Source: Candidatus Multivoradales bacterium
GTDB taxonomy: Bacteria; Acidobacteriota; Thermoanaerobaculia; Multivoradales; J023
Length of the DNA stretch: 64,000 bases
Reading direction: 5' to 3'
Assembly (NCBI GenBank): GCA_965248925.1
Contig: CBDFLE010000005.1
Coordinates: 1,824,001 to 1,888,000, forward strand
Every line of letters starts with the position of its first letter. The first letter of the stretch is position 1. The notes beneath the pieces are model-generated. The model was not told the DNA's origin. It saw nothing but the letters and a program-made list of their open reading frames with translations, and ran no database searches. Shown here piece after piece: positions 38,751 to 51,213 of this stretch. Made by a program: the position numbers and the translations under genes.

Positions 38751-39805
38751 TATTCGGTGGACGATCGATAGACCGAATCAAACTCCGGCGCATCTCTCTC
38801 GTCCTTCAGCAGAGGCTTGAAGGTCGGCGGATTGGTCAGCACCTCAAAGGTCAGACGTACATCTTCGCGAAGACGCGGTCGAGGTCCGGCCTCTCTGAGG
38901 ATGTCGGCGAGCTCTCGCCGGTCATTGCCCTGTTCACGGACATACTCGAGTTTGCCGGTCGTCGTCGACTCGGTGAGCGCCGTGCCGTCGTCGAAATCGG
39001 GCTCAGGATCCTGACCATTCCTGTCGCGATTGCTGCGCGTCTTCAACAGCAACTTGGATTTGGGCTTGTCGATCTCAATCGCGGGCGTGCTTTGATCGTC
39101 TGCGATGAAGTAGTTGTAATAGAGACGATACCGCATCTTGTCATTATGGCGGACGTCGCTCGAGTTAAACTTTGCTCCGTGCTTCACGTAGTCGAAGCTG
39201 ACGCAAGACTCGACCTTGACGTCGGGCGCATACTTCCCCTTGGGAGTGACGGAAGGGCTTCGCTTCTGGCATCGTGCGACCAGGCAGCCTTCCACCGTAA
39301 CGTTCTTCGAGCCGCGAATCAGCAGGCCGAAGCCGTGACGTTCCTTTTCGCTGTGGATCCAATCGCCGCCGGGCGTCTTGGGTTTGTCCAAGGCCTCCGA
39401 CACGATGCACTTGAGGACGCTAATATTTTTGCAACTGACAATCGCGAATGTCTCATCGGTGCCCCATGCCAAGTGACAGTTCTTCACGGTGACGTCTTCG
39501 CAATCTCTCAGCGACAGAGACTCGGCTTCATCCTTCTTCCCAAAGCCGATGGATCCTACCCGAATCGTCAGGTTCTTCAGCGTAACCCGCTTGCAATCCT
39601 CGAGTTCCAGGGCATGCCCGTAGATAGCGACACTGGCGCCGTCAAGGGTGAAATCCCGCGCACCCTGGATCTTGATCGCGTCTCTGTCGGAGGCTCTCCA
39701 GACCTCGCCGTGGGCGCTGGGACTGAGCGTGATGTTGGAATTGGACCAACGGTCGAATGACAGCAGCTCATCGATGGATCTCTTTGTTCGATTGGTGCGA
39801 CTCAT
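38750..39805 (-). CDS. pectate-lyase-like right-handed beta-helix protein
   Basis: VTLKNLTIRVG, HLAWGTDE, IVSEAL, HGFGLL and RSP motifs; GGAGAG RBS before ATG at 39805. Confidence 0.7.
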   Translation of the reverse strand: MSRTNRTKRSIDELLSFDRWSNSNITLSPSAHGEVWRASDRDAIKIQGARDFTLDGASVAIYGHALELEDCKRVTLKNLTIRVGSIGFGKKDEAESLSLRDCEDVTVKNCHLAWGTDETFAIVSCKNISVLKCIVSEALDKPKTPGGDWIHSEKERHGFGLLIRGSKNVTVEGCLVARCQKRSPSVTPKGKYAPDVKVESCVSFDYVKHGAKFNSSDVRHNDKMRYRLYYNYFIADDQSTPAIEIDKPKSKLLLKTRSNRDRNGQDPEPDFDDGTALTESTTTGKLEYVREQGNDRRELADILREAGPRPRLREDVRLTFEVLTNPPTFKPLLKDERDAPEFDSVYRSSTE

Positions 39806-39942
39806 GGCGACTCTCCATTTTTCCTTGGCGCGGTCCCACACCGCTGGTTCGTTTGCTTCGTTCGACCTTTCATCATGGGTTCCTTTCGGTTTGAGGTCTA
39901 AAACACGGTCAGTTCTGAGACGTTTTTCGTCTCGTGCCCTGA

Positions 39943-39971
39943 AGAGCGCACTCGTGCTGAGAAAAGGGACA
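39943..39971 (-). promoter_or_regulatory. putative ECF-dependent promoter TGTCCC-N17-CGCT
   Basis: Parallels 27006-27034; a T-run follows the -35 box in both. Confidence 0.45.
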
Positions 39972-40111
39972 CGAGACTCTGAGACCCTTGCCAGCAGGGC
40001 CGCGCCCTGGCCAGCCAGAGCTCGCGGCCAGAAGGCGATCTGGCTGACGCCTGGTGCCTGGAGTTGTGCTAAATTAGGCTCAGAAACAAAAAACATAATG
40101 GCAAACGAACG

Positions 40112-40711
40112 ATGACAGAGCCTTCCACAGAGCTAACTGGTCTTCTCACCCGCTGGGCCGACGGTGAGTTCGCGGCTCGGGACGAGCTTTTCGTGGTGGT
40201 CCATGCCGAGCTGCGTCGGTTGGCGGGTGGCTACATGCGCCGCGAACGTGCCAACCACACTTTGCAGCCCTCGGCCGTGGTGAACGAGGCCTTTCTGCGC
40301 CTGACCGGCGGGGCGCGGGTGAGTTGGGCCAATCGCTCCCATTTCTTCCGCGTGGCCGCGCGCGCCATGCGTCGCGTCCTGGTAGATCATGGACGCGGCG
40401 TAGGTGCTGCAAAACGTGGGTTCGGGCTGAAGAACCAGCTCCTCGACGAAGAGGTAGTGATCCCAGGCATCGACGTCGAATTGCTGGCTCTCGATCAAGC
40501 GCTCAGCCGATTGGGCACCTTCGACGAGCGTCTGCTCCAAGTGGTTGAGTTGCGCTACTTCGCCGGTCTGGGGATCGACGAATTGGCAGAGCTCCTCGGT
40601 GTGTCGTCGAGAACCGTCAAACGTGATTGGCGCTCGGCGCGAGCCTGGCTGCTGGCTGAACTCGGGCCGGTTAATGAAGCTCGCCCAGACTGTGGGGGCG
40701 ATGGACGCTGA
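40112..40711 (+). CDS. ECF sigma factor, kinase-associated ECF43/EcfK-like
   Basis: HTLQPSAVVNEAFLRL, AMRRVLVD, AKRG, VVELRYFAGL, TVKRDWRSARAWL. Confidence 0.92.
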   Translation: MTEPSTELTGLLTRWADGEFAARDELFVVVHAELRRLAGGYMRRERANHTLQPSAVVNEAFLRLTGGARVSWANRSHFFRVAARAMRRVLVDHGRGVGAAKRGFGLKNQLLDEEVVIPGIDVELLALDQALSRLGTFDERLLQVVELRYFAGLGIDELAELLGVSSRTVKRDWRSARAWLLAELGPVNEARPDCGGDGR

Positions 40712-43382
40712 GCAATTCCGTCGGGTGATGGAGGCCTTCGCCGAGATCTGTGATCTGCCGCCGGACGAGCGTGAGGAGATTCTGGCCGGGTTGTCCACCG
40801 AAGACGCCGAGATCGGCAGTGAGGTGCAGAGGCTTCTGGAGGCCGAGCGGCAAGGAGCTGGGCGGCTCGATCCGCCGTCGTTCGCGGCTAGACTAGCCGA
40901 ACCAGGACCGGCGGTCGCAGAGACCAGCCGCTCCTTGAGCGACACCCGGATCGCCCAGTTCGAAGTCGGCGAGCGGATCGGCAGCGGTGGAATGGGGGAA
41001 GTCTACGCCGCCGTCGACACGGTCCTGCGTCGCCAGGTGGCGCTCAAGGCGATCCGCCACGACCAGAGGATGAGCGAAACGGCCCGCCGCCGATTCCTGC
41101 GCGAAGCGCGGATGCTGTCGAGTCTCGATCATCCCAACATCTGCCGCATCCACGACTATCTGCGGGGAGATGAAGAAGACTTTCTGGTTCTGGAGCGGAT
41201 CCAAGGTCGGAGCCTGCGGCAAGCATTGGCGGAAGGACTGGCGAAGGCTGCCGGCCTTTCGATTGTCGAGCAGATCGCCGACGCGCTGGCCGCCGCCCAC
41301 GCTGCGGGCGTCGTCCATCGCGACCTCAAGCTGTCGAACGTCATGCTGACCGACGACGGAAGGGCGAAAATCCTCGACTTCGGCCTGGCGCGACCGGTGG
41401 AACCCGAGGTGGTAGAAGGCAGCCTGGGAGCGGCAGAGGACCTCGCAATATCAGCGCCGGAGACGGCCGAACTCGACCGCTCCACTCACTTCCGAACTGC
41501 CACTGGCCTGGTGGCCGGCACCCCGTCGGCGATGAGCCCAGAGCAGATCGAGGGGCGGCCGGCCTCGGCCGCCAGCGACATGTATTCGTTCGGTCTGCTG
41601 GCGCAGGAGCTCTTCACCGGTGAGTCTCCTTACGATCCTGAACTGAAGCCGGGTGAGCTTGTAGACGCCGCGCGCCGCGGCGCCACCCGACCGGTGTCGG
41701 GAGTTGATCGTCATCTCGGGGTCCTCATCAGATCGCTGACCGCGACACGGGCCTGGACCCGGCCGACCGCCGCCGGGGTCGTCGATAGGCTGCGGTGGAT
41801 TCGAGACAAGCCGAAACGGCGGCTAAGACGTGCGGCGGCCACGGCACTCATCGCCCTCTCCATACTCCTAGGACTCAAATACACCCTCGATCTGCGACGC
41901 GAACGCACGCTTGCCGACCAGCGGCGCTCGCAGGCGGAAGGGTTGATCGGCTTCATGCTGGGCGATCTGAGGACGAAGCTCGAACCGCTGGGTCGGCTCG
42001 ACATTCTCGACGATGTCGGCGACAAGGCGGAGTCCTACTTCGCTGCGGTAGCTGAGGCCGAGCTGTCGGACGACGAACTTCTCAGCCGCACCAAAACACT
42101 GACCCAAATCGGCGAGGTACGGCTCTCCCAGAATCGCCATGGCGAGGCGCTGGCCTCGTTCGAGGAGGCCTACCGGCGAGCTGCCGCACTGGTCGTCCGC
42201 AACCCGAAAGAGGGTGTTTTCTTGTTCGGCCGCGGCCAGGCCGAGTATTGGGTCGGCTACGTTCACTGGCAGCGGCTCGAGGGGGAGCAGGCCCAGCAGT
42301 GGATGGGACGCTATCGCGACACCAGCAAGGCGCTGCTGGAGCGCGATGCCAGCCGTGACGACTGGGTCCTTGAAGCGGCCTACGCCCACCACAACCTCGC
42401 CGTGCTGGCGCTTGAGTTCGGCGATCTCGATGCGGCCGAGGAGGGGTTCAGCGACGAAGTCGAGGTCCTAAGGGACCTGATCGAACGCAACGCGGACGAT
42501 CCGAGCCTGGTTGAGGACCTGGCCGACGCCTATTCCTGGCTCGGCACTACGGCCCATCGCCGCGGTCTACTCGACCGCGCAGCCGGATTTTTCTCCGCCA
42601 GCACCACCCAACGCGCGGCGTTGGTAGAGCTGGAACCAGAGAATGTCCACTGGCGGTTTTGGTGGGCCCAGTCGAAGGTTTTTGCGGGCAAGGTCGCGGC
42701 GATTCGCGGACAACGCGAACAGAGTGTGGTGATTTTCGACCACGCCATTGCGATTCTCGAAGCGTTAGTGGATGGCGATCGCACCAATCGCGACTGGCTC
42801 CGCGCCCTGGCAACTGCTCGGACGGCGCGGGCGAAGCCCGGCGCGGCCGGGGGAAACTTCGCCCGTGCACTGGAGCAGTTGGCCACCAGCATTGAGGTTT
42901 TGCAGCAATTGGTAGCAGCTGAGCCTGGAGACCGTCAGTCCAGCCGCACGCTGGCTCTCGCCTACCGCGCCACCGCGCGGTTCGAGGGCTGGGCTGGACG
43001 CCTGCCCACGGCCACCGAGAAGGTAGCTCGCGCCGCGGAGCTCGGCGAAGAACTTCATAACGATGCTCCGCGTGACCTCGAGCTTCTCGCCGAACTGGCG
43101 AGCACTCGAGTGCTCGCTGGCGAGCTGCAGCAAGAGGCCGGCAACCGCGAAGAGGCGCTGATCAATTGGCATCGAGCGCTTGAGATCCTGGCCGGGCCAG
43201 TCGAGGGCTCGAGCTTTCCCATCCTCCTCGACCCTTGGGCGCGAGCCCTGGCCCATGTGGGTCGAAAGCAAGAGGCCACGGCGACCGTGATGGCCCTTTC
43301 TGCGGTCGGTTATCGCTCTCTCTGGCACTGGCCGGAATCCATTGGCCACCAGTCTGAAGAAAACCGTGTGGGCGCCAAATAA
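40701..43382 (+). CDS. Ser/Thr kinase - TM - TPR-like receptor
   Basis: GSGGMG, VALK, HRDLKLSN, DFG, MSPE; TM helix; overlaps the ECF stop. Confidence 0.92.
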   Translation: MDAEQFRRVMEAFAEICDLPPDEREEILAGLSTEDAEIGSEVQRLLEAERQGAGRLDPPSFAARLAEPGPAVAETSRSLSDTRIAQFEVGERIGSGGMGEVYAAVDTVLRRQVALKAIRHDQRMSETARRRFLREARMLSSLDHPNICRIHDYLRGDEEDFLVLERIQGRSLRQALAEGLAKAAGLSIVEQIADALAAAHAAGVVHRDLKLSNVMLTDDGRAKILDFGLARPVEPEVVEGSLGAAEDLAISAPETAELDRSTHFRTATGLVAGTPSAMSPEQIEGRPASAASDMYSFGLLAQELFTGESPYDPELKPGELVDAARRGATRPVSGVDRHLGVLIRSLTATRAWTRPTAAGVVDRLRWIRDKPKRRLRRAAATALIALSILLGLKYTLDLRRERTLADQRRSQAEGLIGFMLGDLRTKLEPLGRLDILDDVGDKAESYFAAVAEAELSDDELLSRTKTLTQIGEVRLSQNRHGEALASFEEAYRRAAALVVRNPKEGVFLFGRGQAEYWVGYVHWQRLEGEQAQQWMGRYRDTSKALLERDASRDDWVLEAAYAHHNLAVLALEFGDLDAAEEGFSDEVEVLRDLIERNADDPSLVEDLADAYSWLGTTAHRRGLLDRAAGFFSASTTQRAALVELEPENVHWRFWWAQSKVFAGKVAAIRGQREQSVVIFDHAIAILEALVDGDRTNRDWLRALATARTARAKPGAAGGNFARALEQLATSIEVLQQLVAAEPGDRQSSRTLALAYRATARFEGWAGRLPTATEKVARAAELGEELHNDAPRDLELLAELASTRVLAGELQQEAGNREEALINWHRALEILAGPVEGSSFPILLDPWARALAHVGRKQEATATVMALSAVGYRSLWHWPESIGHQSEENRVGAK

Positions 43383-43413
43383 AGAAAACTCACACTTTCT
43401 CAAGGAGAGCACA

Positions 43414-43950
43414 ATGTCAAAGATCGAGTGTTCGATCCCGACGATTGAGATCACGATCGACTTCAGTTTGTCTGGATCAGACCCCGGAGAAGTGCCGAAT
43501 CCCGCCGGGCCGAGTCCCAACGGGCCGAATCACCAGTGCGAATTTAGCTTCCTCAAACCCGTCCAGGTGAAGAGTAACTTCAGTCACCTCGGCCCTGACT
43601 CCTTGATTGAGGTGACGGCGCCTGAAACGAAACTCGTTTTCTCATTCGCGAATGCTCGAGAAGGAGCAGATCCGCAATTTACCGGATTCCGCTACTACAA
43701 CACCGGCGACAAATGGTGGGCCGGAGGGTGGTGGACTCCTGGCCATCCGGGCGCGAAAGAGTTCAAGGATCTCGAGATTGATAGCTGCCCGGCTGCTTCA
43801 ATGACAGTCATCGATAGGACTCACAACCACACTCTATATATCTACGTTGTCGAGTGGAGTGAAATAGGACCCGACGGCAATAGAGTCTGCTACTGTTGCG
43901 ACCCAAAGATCAAGAACCAGCCCTCGGGGGGCCCGCTGCTGAGGGAGTAG
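43414..43950 (+). CDS. hypothetical protein, possibly DP-EP family
   Basis: AAGGAG RBS; beta-rich; C-terminal CCDPKIKN. Confidence 0.6.
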   Translation: MSKIECSIPTIEITIDFSLSGSDPGEVPNPAGPSPNGPNHQCEFSFLKPVQVKSNFSHLGPDSLIEVTAPETKLVFSFANAREGADPQFTGFRYYNTGDKWWAGGWWTPGHPGAKEFKDLEIDSCPAASMTVIDRTHNHTLYIYVVEWSEIGPDGNRVCYCCDPKIKNQPSGGPLLRE

Positions 43951-43975
43951 CTTAATTCCTTCTGAACCCTCGACC

Positions 43976-43999
43976 TGTCCCAGTGGTCGGGTACCGTCA
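43976..43999. mobile_element. possible isolated IS3-family terminal inverted repeat
   Basis: Reverse complement TGACGGTACCCGACCACTGGGACA fits the TGA...CCC...GGACA pattern; no partner end or transposase. Confidence 0.25.
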
Positions 44000-44466
44000 A
44001 GTTGGGTAAATTGGCACTCTCTAACTGGAGAGTGAGCCCTGGCATCATCGCAAGTCCGAGAATAAACTGGAGCCAGGAGCCTCGATTCAGCCCCGGAGGA
44101 GGCTCAAGAGCTGCGTGCTAGCCCAGGCGTGTTGCTCTACTTGACAGTACCCTTTCTCAGATTCCCGGAAAAATGCGGCGGTGATCGAAGTGGGCCCGCG
44201 CTCTGCTAAGATCCGCCTCAGCATTTGGGCAGCAAGATCGGTCGAGACGAGGAGCCCGCTCCAGCAGACATCTGTCCTGGGGGTCTTGGTGTCCTCGTTG
44301 GCTGCCTCTCGTTGAAGTGAAATTCTGTCGTTTACAGGAACGTCCTCCAGATGTCTGGCTGGGCGGACGGACGGAGGTCTTGTCTGGTCACTCGCGGCCA
44401 GGCGCAACTTTCGCCGCGGTCTGGCGAGCCTGACCAGGACGGCTCCTATCTCTACTTGGAGGTGAA

Positions 44467-46404
44467 ATGAAACTCAAACATCTCGTATCCGTCCCTCTTT
44501 ATCTGGCTCTCGCTGGCAGTCTGCTAGCGCAGGATCGATTGATTCCGAAACAGCTCGCCGGTCCGATCGAGGAACTGCAAACCGGCGTCATGGCAAAGTC
44601 GGACCCCATCGCAACCGCTGTCCACTCGAAGAGTTCCATGGTCCCAGTCCAGCTGGTGCTGGACAAGGACGGCGCCTGGAAGTGGCAAGGAGTCGTTGCC
44701 GCCGAAGGCGTGAACCTACGGCTAGTGCTTTTCTCGGGCGAAGAGAGCTGGGACCTCAGCTTGACCGAGCCGGGCGGCAAGAGTCCAGTGCCAGCTCGTG
44801 CCCTCGCCGGGTCTCTAGAGCGCTCGAGTCTGGACTTGGGAGGAGCTTCTTTCGCTGGCGACCAATACCAATTCCAGGCAATGGCTCCAGGCAACTGGAA
44901 GGTTTCTGTGGCGGCCTCCGCGCCCGCGAACGACCGCGGGTATCTCCTCGTCTCCAGCGACGGCCCCTATCGCCTGCTCTCTTTCAAGACCGCCGACGAA
45001 CAGCTGGTCGGCCACCAGATCGGCTTCGCTACCTATGGCTACGAGCAGCTGGCAGAACAGACCACGGCCGACATCCACATCGGTTTGGTAGAAACAGCGA
45101 CGCTGCGCGTCACGACACCCGCCGGCGAAGTGCAGCAATGGACCATGCGCGACGACGGCCTGCACGGCGATGGAAAGGCCGGTGACGGCATGTTCGGCGC
45201 TTCCTTCGTGCCTCGCCTCGAGGGCGACTATCTGGCTCAGGTAACGGCACGCGGCACGACGCCGCAAGGGCACCCCTTCGTCCGCAGCGCGCAACATATC
45301 GTACCGGTCATCACTCGCCGTCTCGAACTGATGCATGATTTCGTGACTGGCCGAGTTCAAGGCGAGAGCCGCCTGATGATAGATCTGCGCATTGAGAACA
45401 GCCTCTACGCTCCCGAGAAGTATCGAGTCTTCGCCGAGGTCTGGGGCGCTGATGCCCTGGGCGAGATGAAGGCCGTCTCTTGGATCGGCGGTATGTCCTA
45501 CGTCGACAACGGCCGACTTAGCCTCGGACTGGACTTGCGGTGGATCGGTCGCTCGCCAGCCCAGAACTCCTTCGAATTACGCAATCTGCGGATCGAAGAT
45601 CCGGACCACTTCATCACTGTCGCCCGCGTTGAGCGCTTGCCAATCGTCATGCCGACACTGCCCGCGGCCGCGCAAGAAACGGTCAAGTCGGTGGATGAGA
45701 CCATGCTCATGGGGCACCGCCCCACCGCCGCCGCGAACAAGGCGGGCAGCCGTCTACTTCTGGTCCATGGTTACTGCTCGGGCAACGTCTGGGGGCCGGT
45801 CGCCGGTCAGTTCACCAATGCTTCGATCTTCCTCGACACCAACAAGAACCGATCTCACGACCAGTTCGCCAATTTGATCGGTAGCTTCGGCAGCAGCTAT
45901 TCCTCCTACGGGATCGTTGCTCACAGCCAGGGTGGTGCAGCGGCACTCCACCTCTACACCTACTATTGGAGTGGCCTCGACTACGCTTCGGCCGGGCGCT
46001 TGATCCAGTCGGTCGGTACGCCCTATCAGGGTACTCCCTTGGCCGGCAACGCGGCGGTTCTGGGTCAGATCTTCGGCATCGGTTGCGGCGCCAACACCGA
46101 TCTCACCTATAGCGGCGCCGCCAGCTGGCTGTCGGGCGTCCCGACCTGGGCTCGCAACCAGGTGAACTACTTCACCACCTCCTTCACCGACAAATGGTGG
46201 CGCTATGACTACTGCCATCTGATCAGTGATCTGCTGCTGAGCGATCCGGACGACGGAACTACCGAGAAGGCCAAGGGCCAACTGGCGAGCGGCATCAACC
46301 GCGGCCACAAAACCGGCTGGTGCCACACCGACGGCATGAGAGATCCGAACCAGACTCGCGACAGCGGCCGCAATGGATCGATGAACAGCAACGCGGCACG
46401 CTGA
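44467..46404 (+). CDS. conditioned-medium-factor-like exported protein (DDG.HGD..AGDG motif + alpha/beta hydrolase)
   Basis: GGAGG RBS; signal peptide; MRDDGLHGDGKAGDGMF; LLVHGYCS, HSQGG, SVGTPYQG, DDGTTE, WCHT. Confidence 0.75.
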   Translation: MKLKHLVSVPLYLALAGSLLAQDRLIPKQLAGPIEELQTGVMAKSDPIATAVHSKSSMVPVQLVLDKDGAWKWQGVVAAEGVNLRLVLFSGEESWDLSLTEPGGKSPVPARALAGSLERSSLDLGGASFAGDQYQFQAMAPGNWKVSVAASAPANDRGYLLVSSDGPYRLLSFKTADEQLVGHQIGFATYGYEQLAEQTTADIHIGLVETATLRVTTPAGEVQQWTMRDDGLHGDGKAGDGMFGASFVPRLEGDYLAQVTARGTTPQGHPFVRSAQHIVPVITRRLELMHDFVTGRVQGESRLMIDLRIENSLYAPEKYRVFAEVWGADALGEMKAVSWIGGMSYVDNGRLSLGLDLRWIGRSPAQNSFELRNLRIEDPDHFITVARVERLPIVMPTLPAAAQETVKSVDETMLMGHRPTAAANKAGSRLLLVHGYCSGNVWGPVAGQFTNASIFLDTNKNRSHDQFANLIGSFGSSYSSYGIVAHSQGGAAALHLYTYYWSGLDYASAGRLIQSVGTPYQGTPLAGNAAVLGQIFGIGCGANTDLTYSGAASWLSGVPTWARNQVNYFTTSFTDKWWRYDYCHLISDLLLSDPDDGTTEKAKGQLASGINRGHKTGWCHTDGMRDPNQTRDSGRNGSMNSNAAR

Positions 46405-46409
46405 ACCCG

Positions 46410-46481
46410 CTTAGCCCCGAAGGCTAAGACCTGAATGCCGCCAACCGGCAGTCCGCTGCTGGGCTGCCGGAGATCTCTTTT
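46410..46481 (+). terminator. stem-loops after the CMF-like gene
   Basis: CTTAGCC/GGCTAAG and CCGGCAGTCC/GGGCTGCCGG hairpins; the T-run is not directly adjacent. Confidence 0.35.
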
Positions 46482-46600
46482 CAGAGGGGATTTCTGGCCC
46501 TCCTGGCCGGCAATCTGGATGCGCTCGATCGCGCGCCGCTTTGCGCTCTCGTCTCGGCGCAGAGTGCCAGCGATCTAGGGCGTTGTGCTAAAATAGCGAG

Positions 46601-47137
46601 ATGAGTCGCTACGTCGCTTTCCTGCGCGGGATGAACCTCGGCCGTCGCCGGATCCGAAACGACGAGCTGTGCGCCGAGTTCGTAGCCATCGGCTTCACCA
46701 ACGTCGCCGCGTTCCTCGCCAGTGGGAACATGGTCTTCGACACTGACGAGCGCTCACGGGTTGCGGTCGTGGCGATGATCGAGGATCGGTTGCGCGAGAG
46801 CCTCGGCTACGAGGTACCGACTCTGTTGCGGAGCGCCGACGAGGTCTCGGCGATCGCCAACGATGGCCCTTTTAAGGGGGAGTTTGGAGCGAACGGCGGG
46901 AAGCCGCAGGTGATGTTCTTGGCCAGAGCGCCGGACTCAAAGGTCCGTGCGCAGGTGCTTGGGCTGGCCACCGAGGCCGATCGGCTGGCCTTCGACGGCC
47001 GCGAGTTGTACTGGTTACCCGAGAGGGGACTCTCAACCTCCGAACTCAAACTCGCATTCATCGACAAGGCAATCGGACCCACAACGACCCGGACCCGCAA
47101 CACCCTCGAACGTCTGGTTGTGAAGTTCTTGGCTTAG
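46601..47137 (+). CDS. DUF1697 family protein
   Basis: YVAFLRGMNLG, ASGNMVF and TTRTRNTL motifs. Confidence 0.88.
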   Translation: MSRYVAFLRGMNLGRRRIRNDELCAEFVAIGFTNVAAFLASGNMVFDTDERSRVAVVAMIEDRLRESLGYEVPTLLRSADEVSAIANDGPFKGEFGANGGKPQVMFLARAPDSKVRAQVLGLATEADRLAFDGRELYWLPERGLSTSELKLAFIDKAIGPTTTRTRNTLERLVVKFLA

Positions 47138-47469
47138 CAGAGGTTGGGTGGCTACCGGGACCTCACAACCGGCAATGTACGGCAATGTACTCTGTCAAGC
47201 TGGGCAAACTCGCACTTTCTGAACGATCGCCCTACCACCGACCGAGCTTCCGGGCCACGGAACTTGCACCATCGTCATCCTGGGTGCCATCGAATCCGGG
47301 CTTTGGCAGCATTAAGGGATCGACGGCAATCCCGACGACTTTCCAAGCAGAAAGCCAGGGCTGCTGGCGTTCGGGCTCTTCGGCCTACGTGAGTCGGCGA
47401 ACCGCTAGCGGCTGGGCGAGGGCCATCAAGCTCACGAAAAAGGAAACCAAATCCTCAACCGCGGGTTGC

Positions 47470-48189
47470 CACGTGACCACCAACGAAGCCGGGGACGCCT
47501 TCGTCTTCTGGCCATCGGTCGGCAACAACAAGATTCTTGTGGCGAAATCCACCAATGGCGGCGCGAGCTGGGGCGTCCCGGTGATGCTGGCGACGACTTT
47601 CGACAGCTTCAACATCGGCGTGCCGGCAATGGCCAGCCGTCGCGCCCTGATTTATCTCGCCGCGGGTGCCGATGCGAGTAGTGGGCTCGACAATGTATAT
47701 GTTTCATGGACCGATCTTTCGGGAGAAAGCGGCTGCACCGAGGCGGCCAATGAACCGGGCACCAACACCGCTTCGACATGCAAGACCCGAATCTGGTTCT
47801 CTCGCTCCGCCGATGGTGGCGCCACCTGGAGCGCGGCAGTGAGAATCCACCATCAGGCCTCGCTCAACGATCAGTTCAATCACTGGCTGGCTGTCGACCC
47901 CACTAATGGCAAGATCGGCGTCATGTACTACGACACCGTGGCCGATCCGGGAAGACATCAGACCCAGGTGTATTTCCAGTCTTCGGCCGACCGCGGGCTG
48001 AGCTGGGGCACTCCACTGCAAGTCACCACGGCACCCACCGATGAAACCGCTGCCGGTGCCAACACGGTGGACCAGTACGGCGACTACAACGGCATGGCGG
48101 CTTTTCTCACCAAATTCTTGCCGATCTGGACCGATCGCCGCGACGGCGGTGCCGAGGAAATCTGGACGGCGCGGGTGGACGACCCCTAG
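47470..48189 (+). pseudogene. 5'-truncated BNR/Asp-box (sialidase-like) propeller gene
   Basis: KSTNGGASW, RSADGGATW, SSADRGLSW, YGDYNG; no signal peptide or RBS, and the first ~95 codons of the ORF look non-coding. Confidence 0.6.
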
Positions 48190-48250
48190 CCCACCCGCGC
48201 CCGAGCCCGCCACGAGCACAGCCAGGTCGACGGGGTCTTCGGCATGGCGC

Positions 48251-50986
<2,736 letters not shown>

Positions 50987-51213
50987 CCAATCTTTCTCGT
51001 CTTCAGGTTAGTCCGCCGCCCGTGCCGCGACGAGCACACGGCAGTGGACTCCTGCTCAGGTACCCCGTCGAAAAAACAGCACCCCTCTCATTCCGCTATC
51101 ACCACTTCTATTGTTGCCTGTTCTCTACAGGTCTTCCAACGTTGCCCCACCTCCAACGCGTCGACTGTCCGTCGCCAAGATAATACCGCTTTGTATTCTC
51201 AACGAATTACGGC

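Noticed and set aside
38687-39760. 357-aa plus-strand ORF
   Set aside because: Antisense to the beta-helix gene, which has the family motifs and an RBS
51060-51100. Terminator between the eCIS operon and the third kinase
   Set aside because: A T-run is present on the minus strand but the preceding stem is weak
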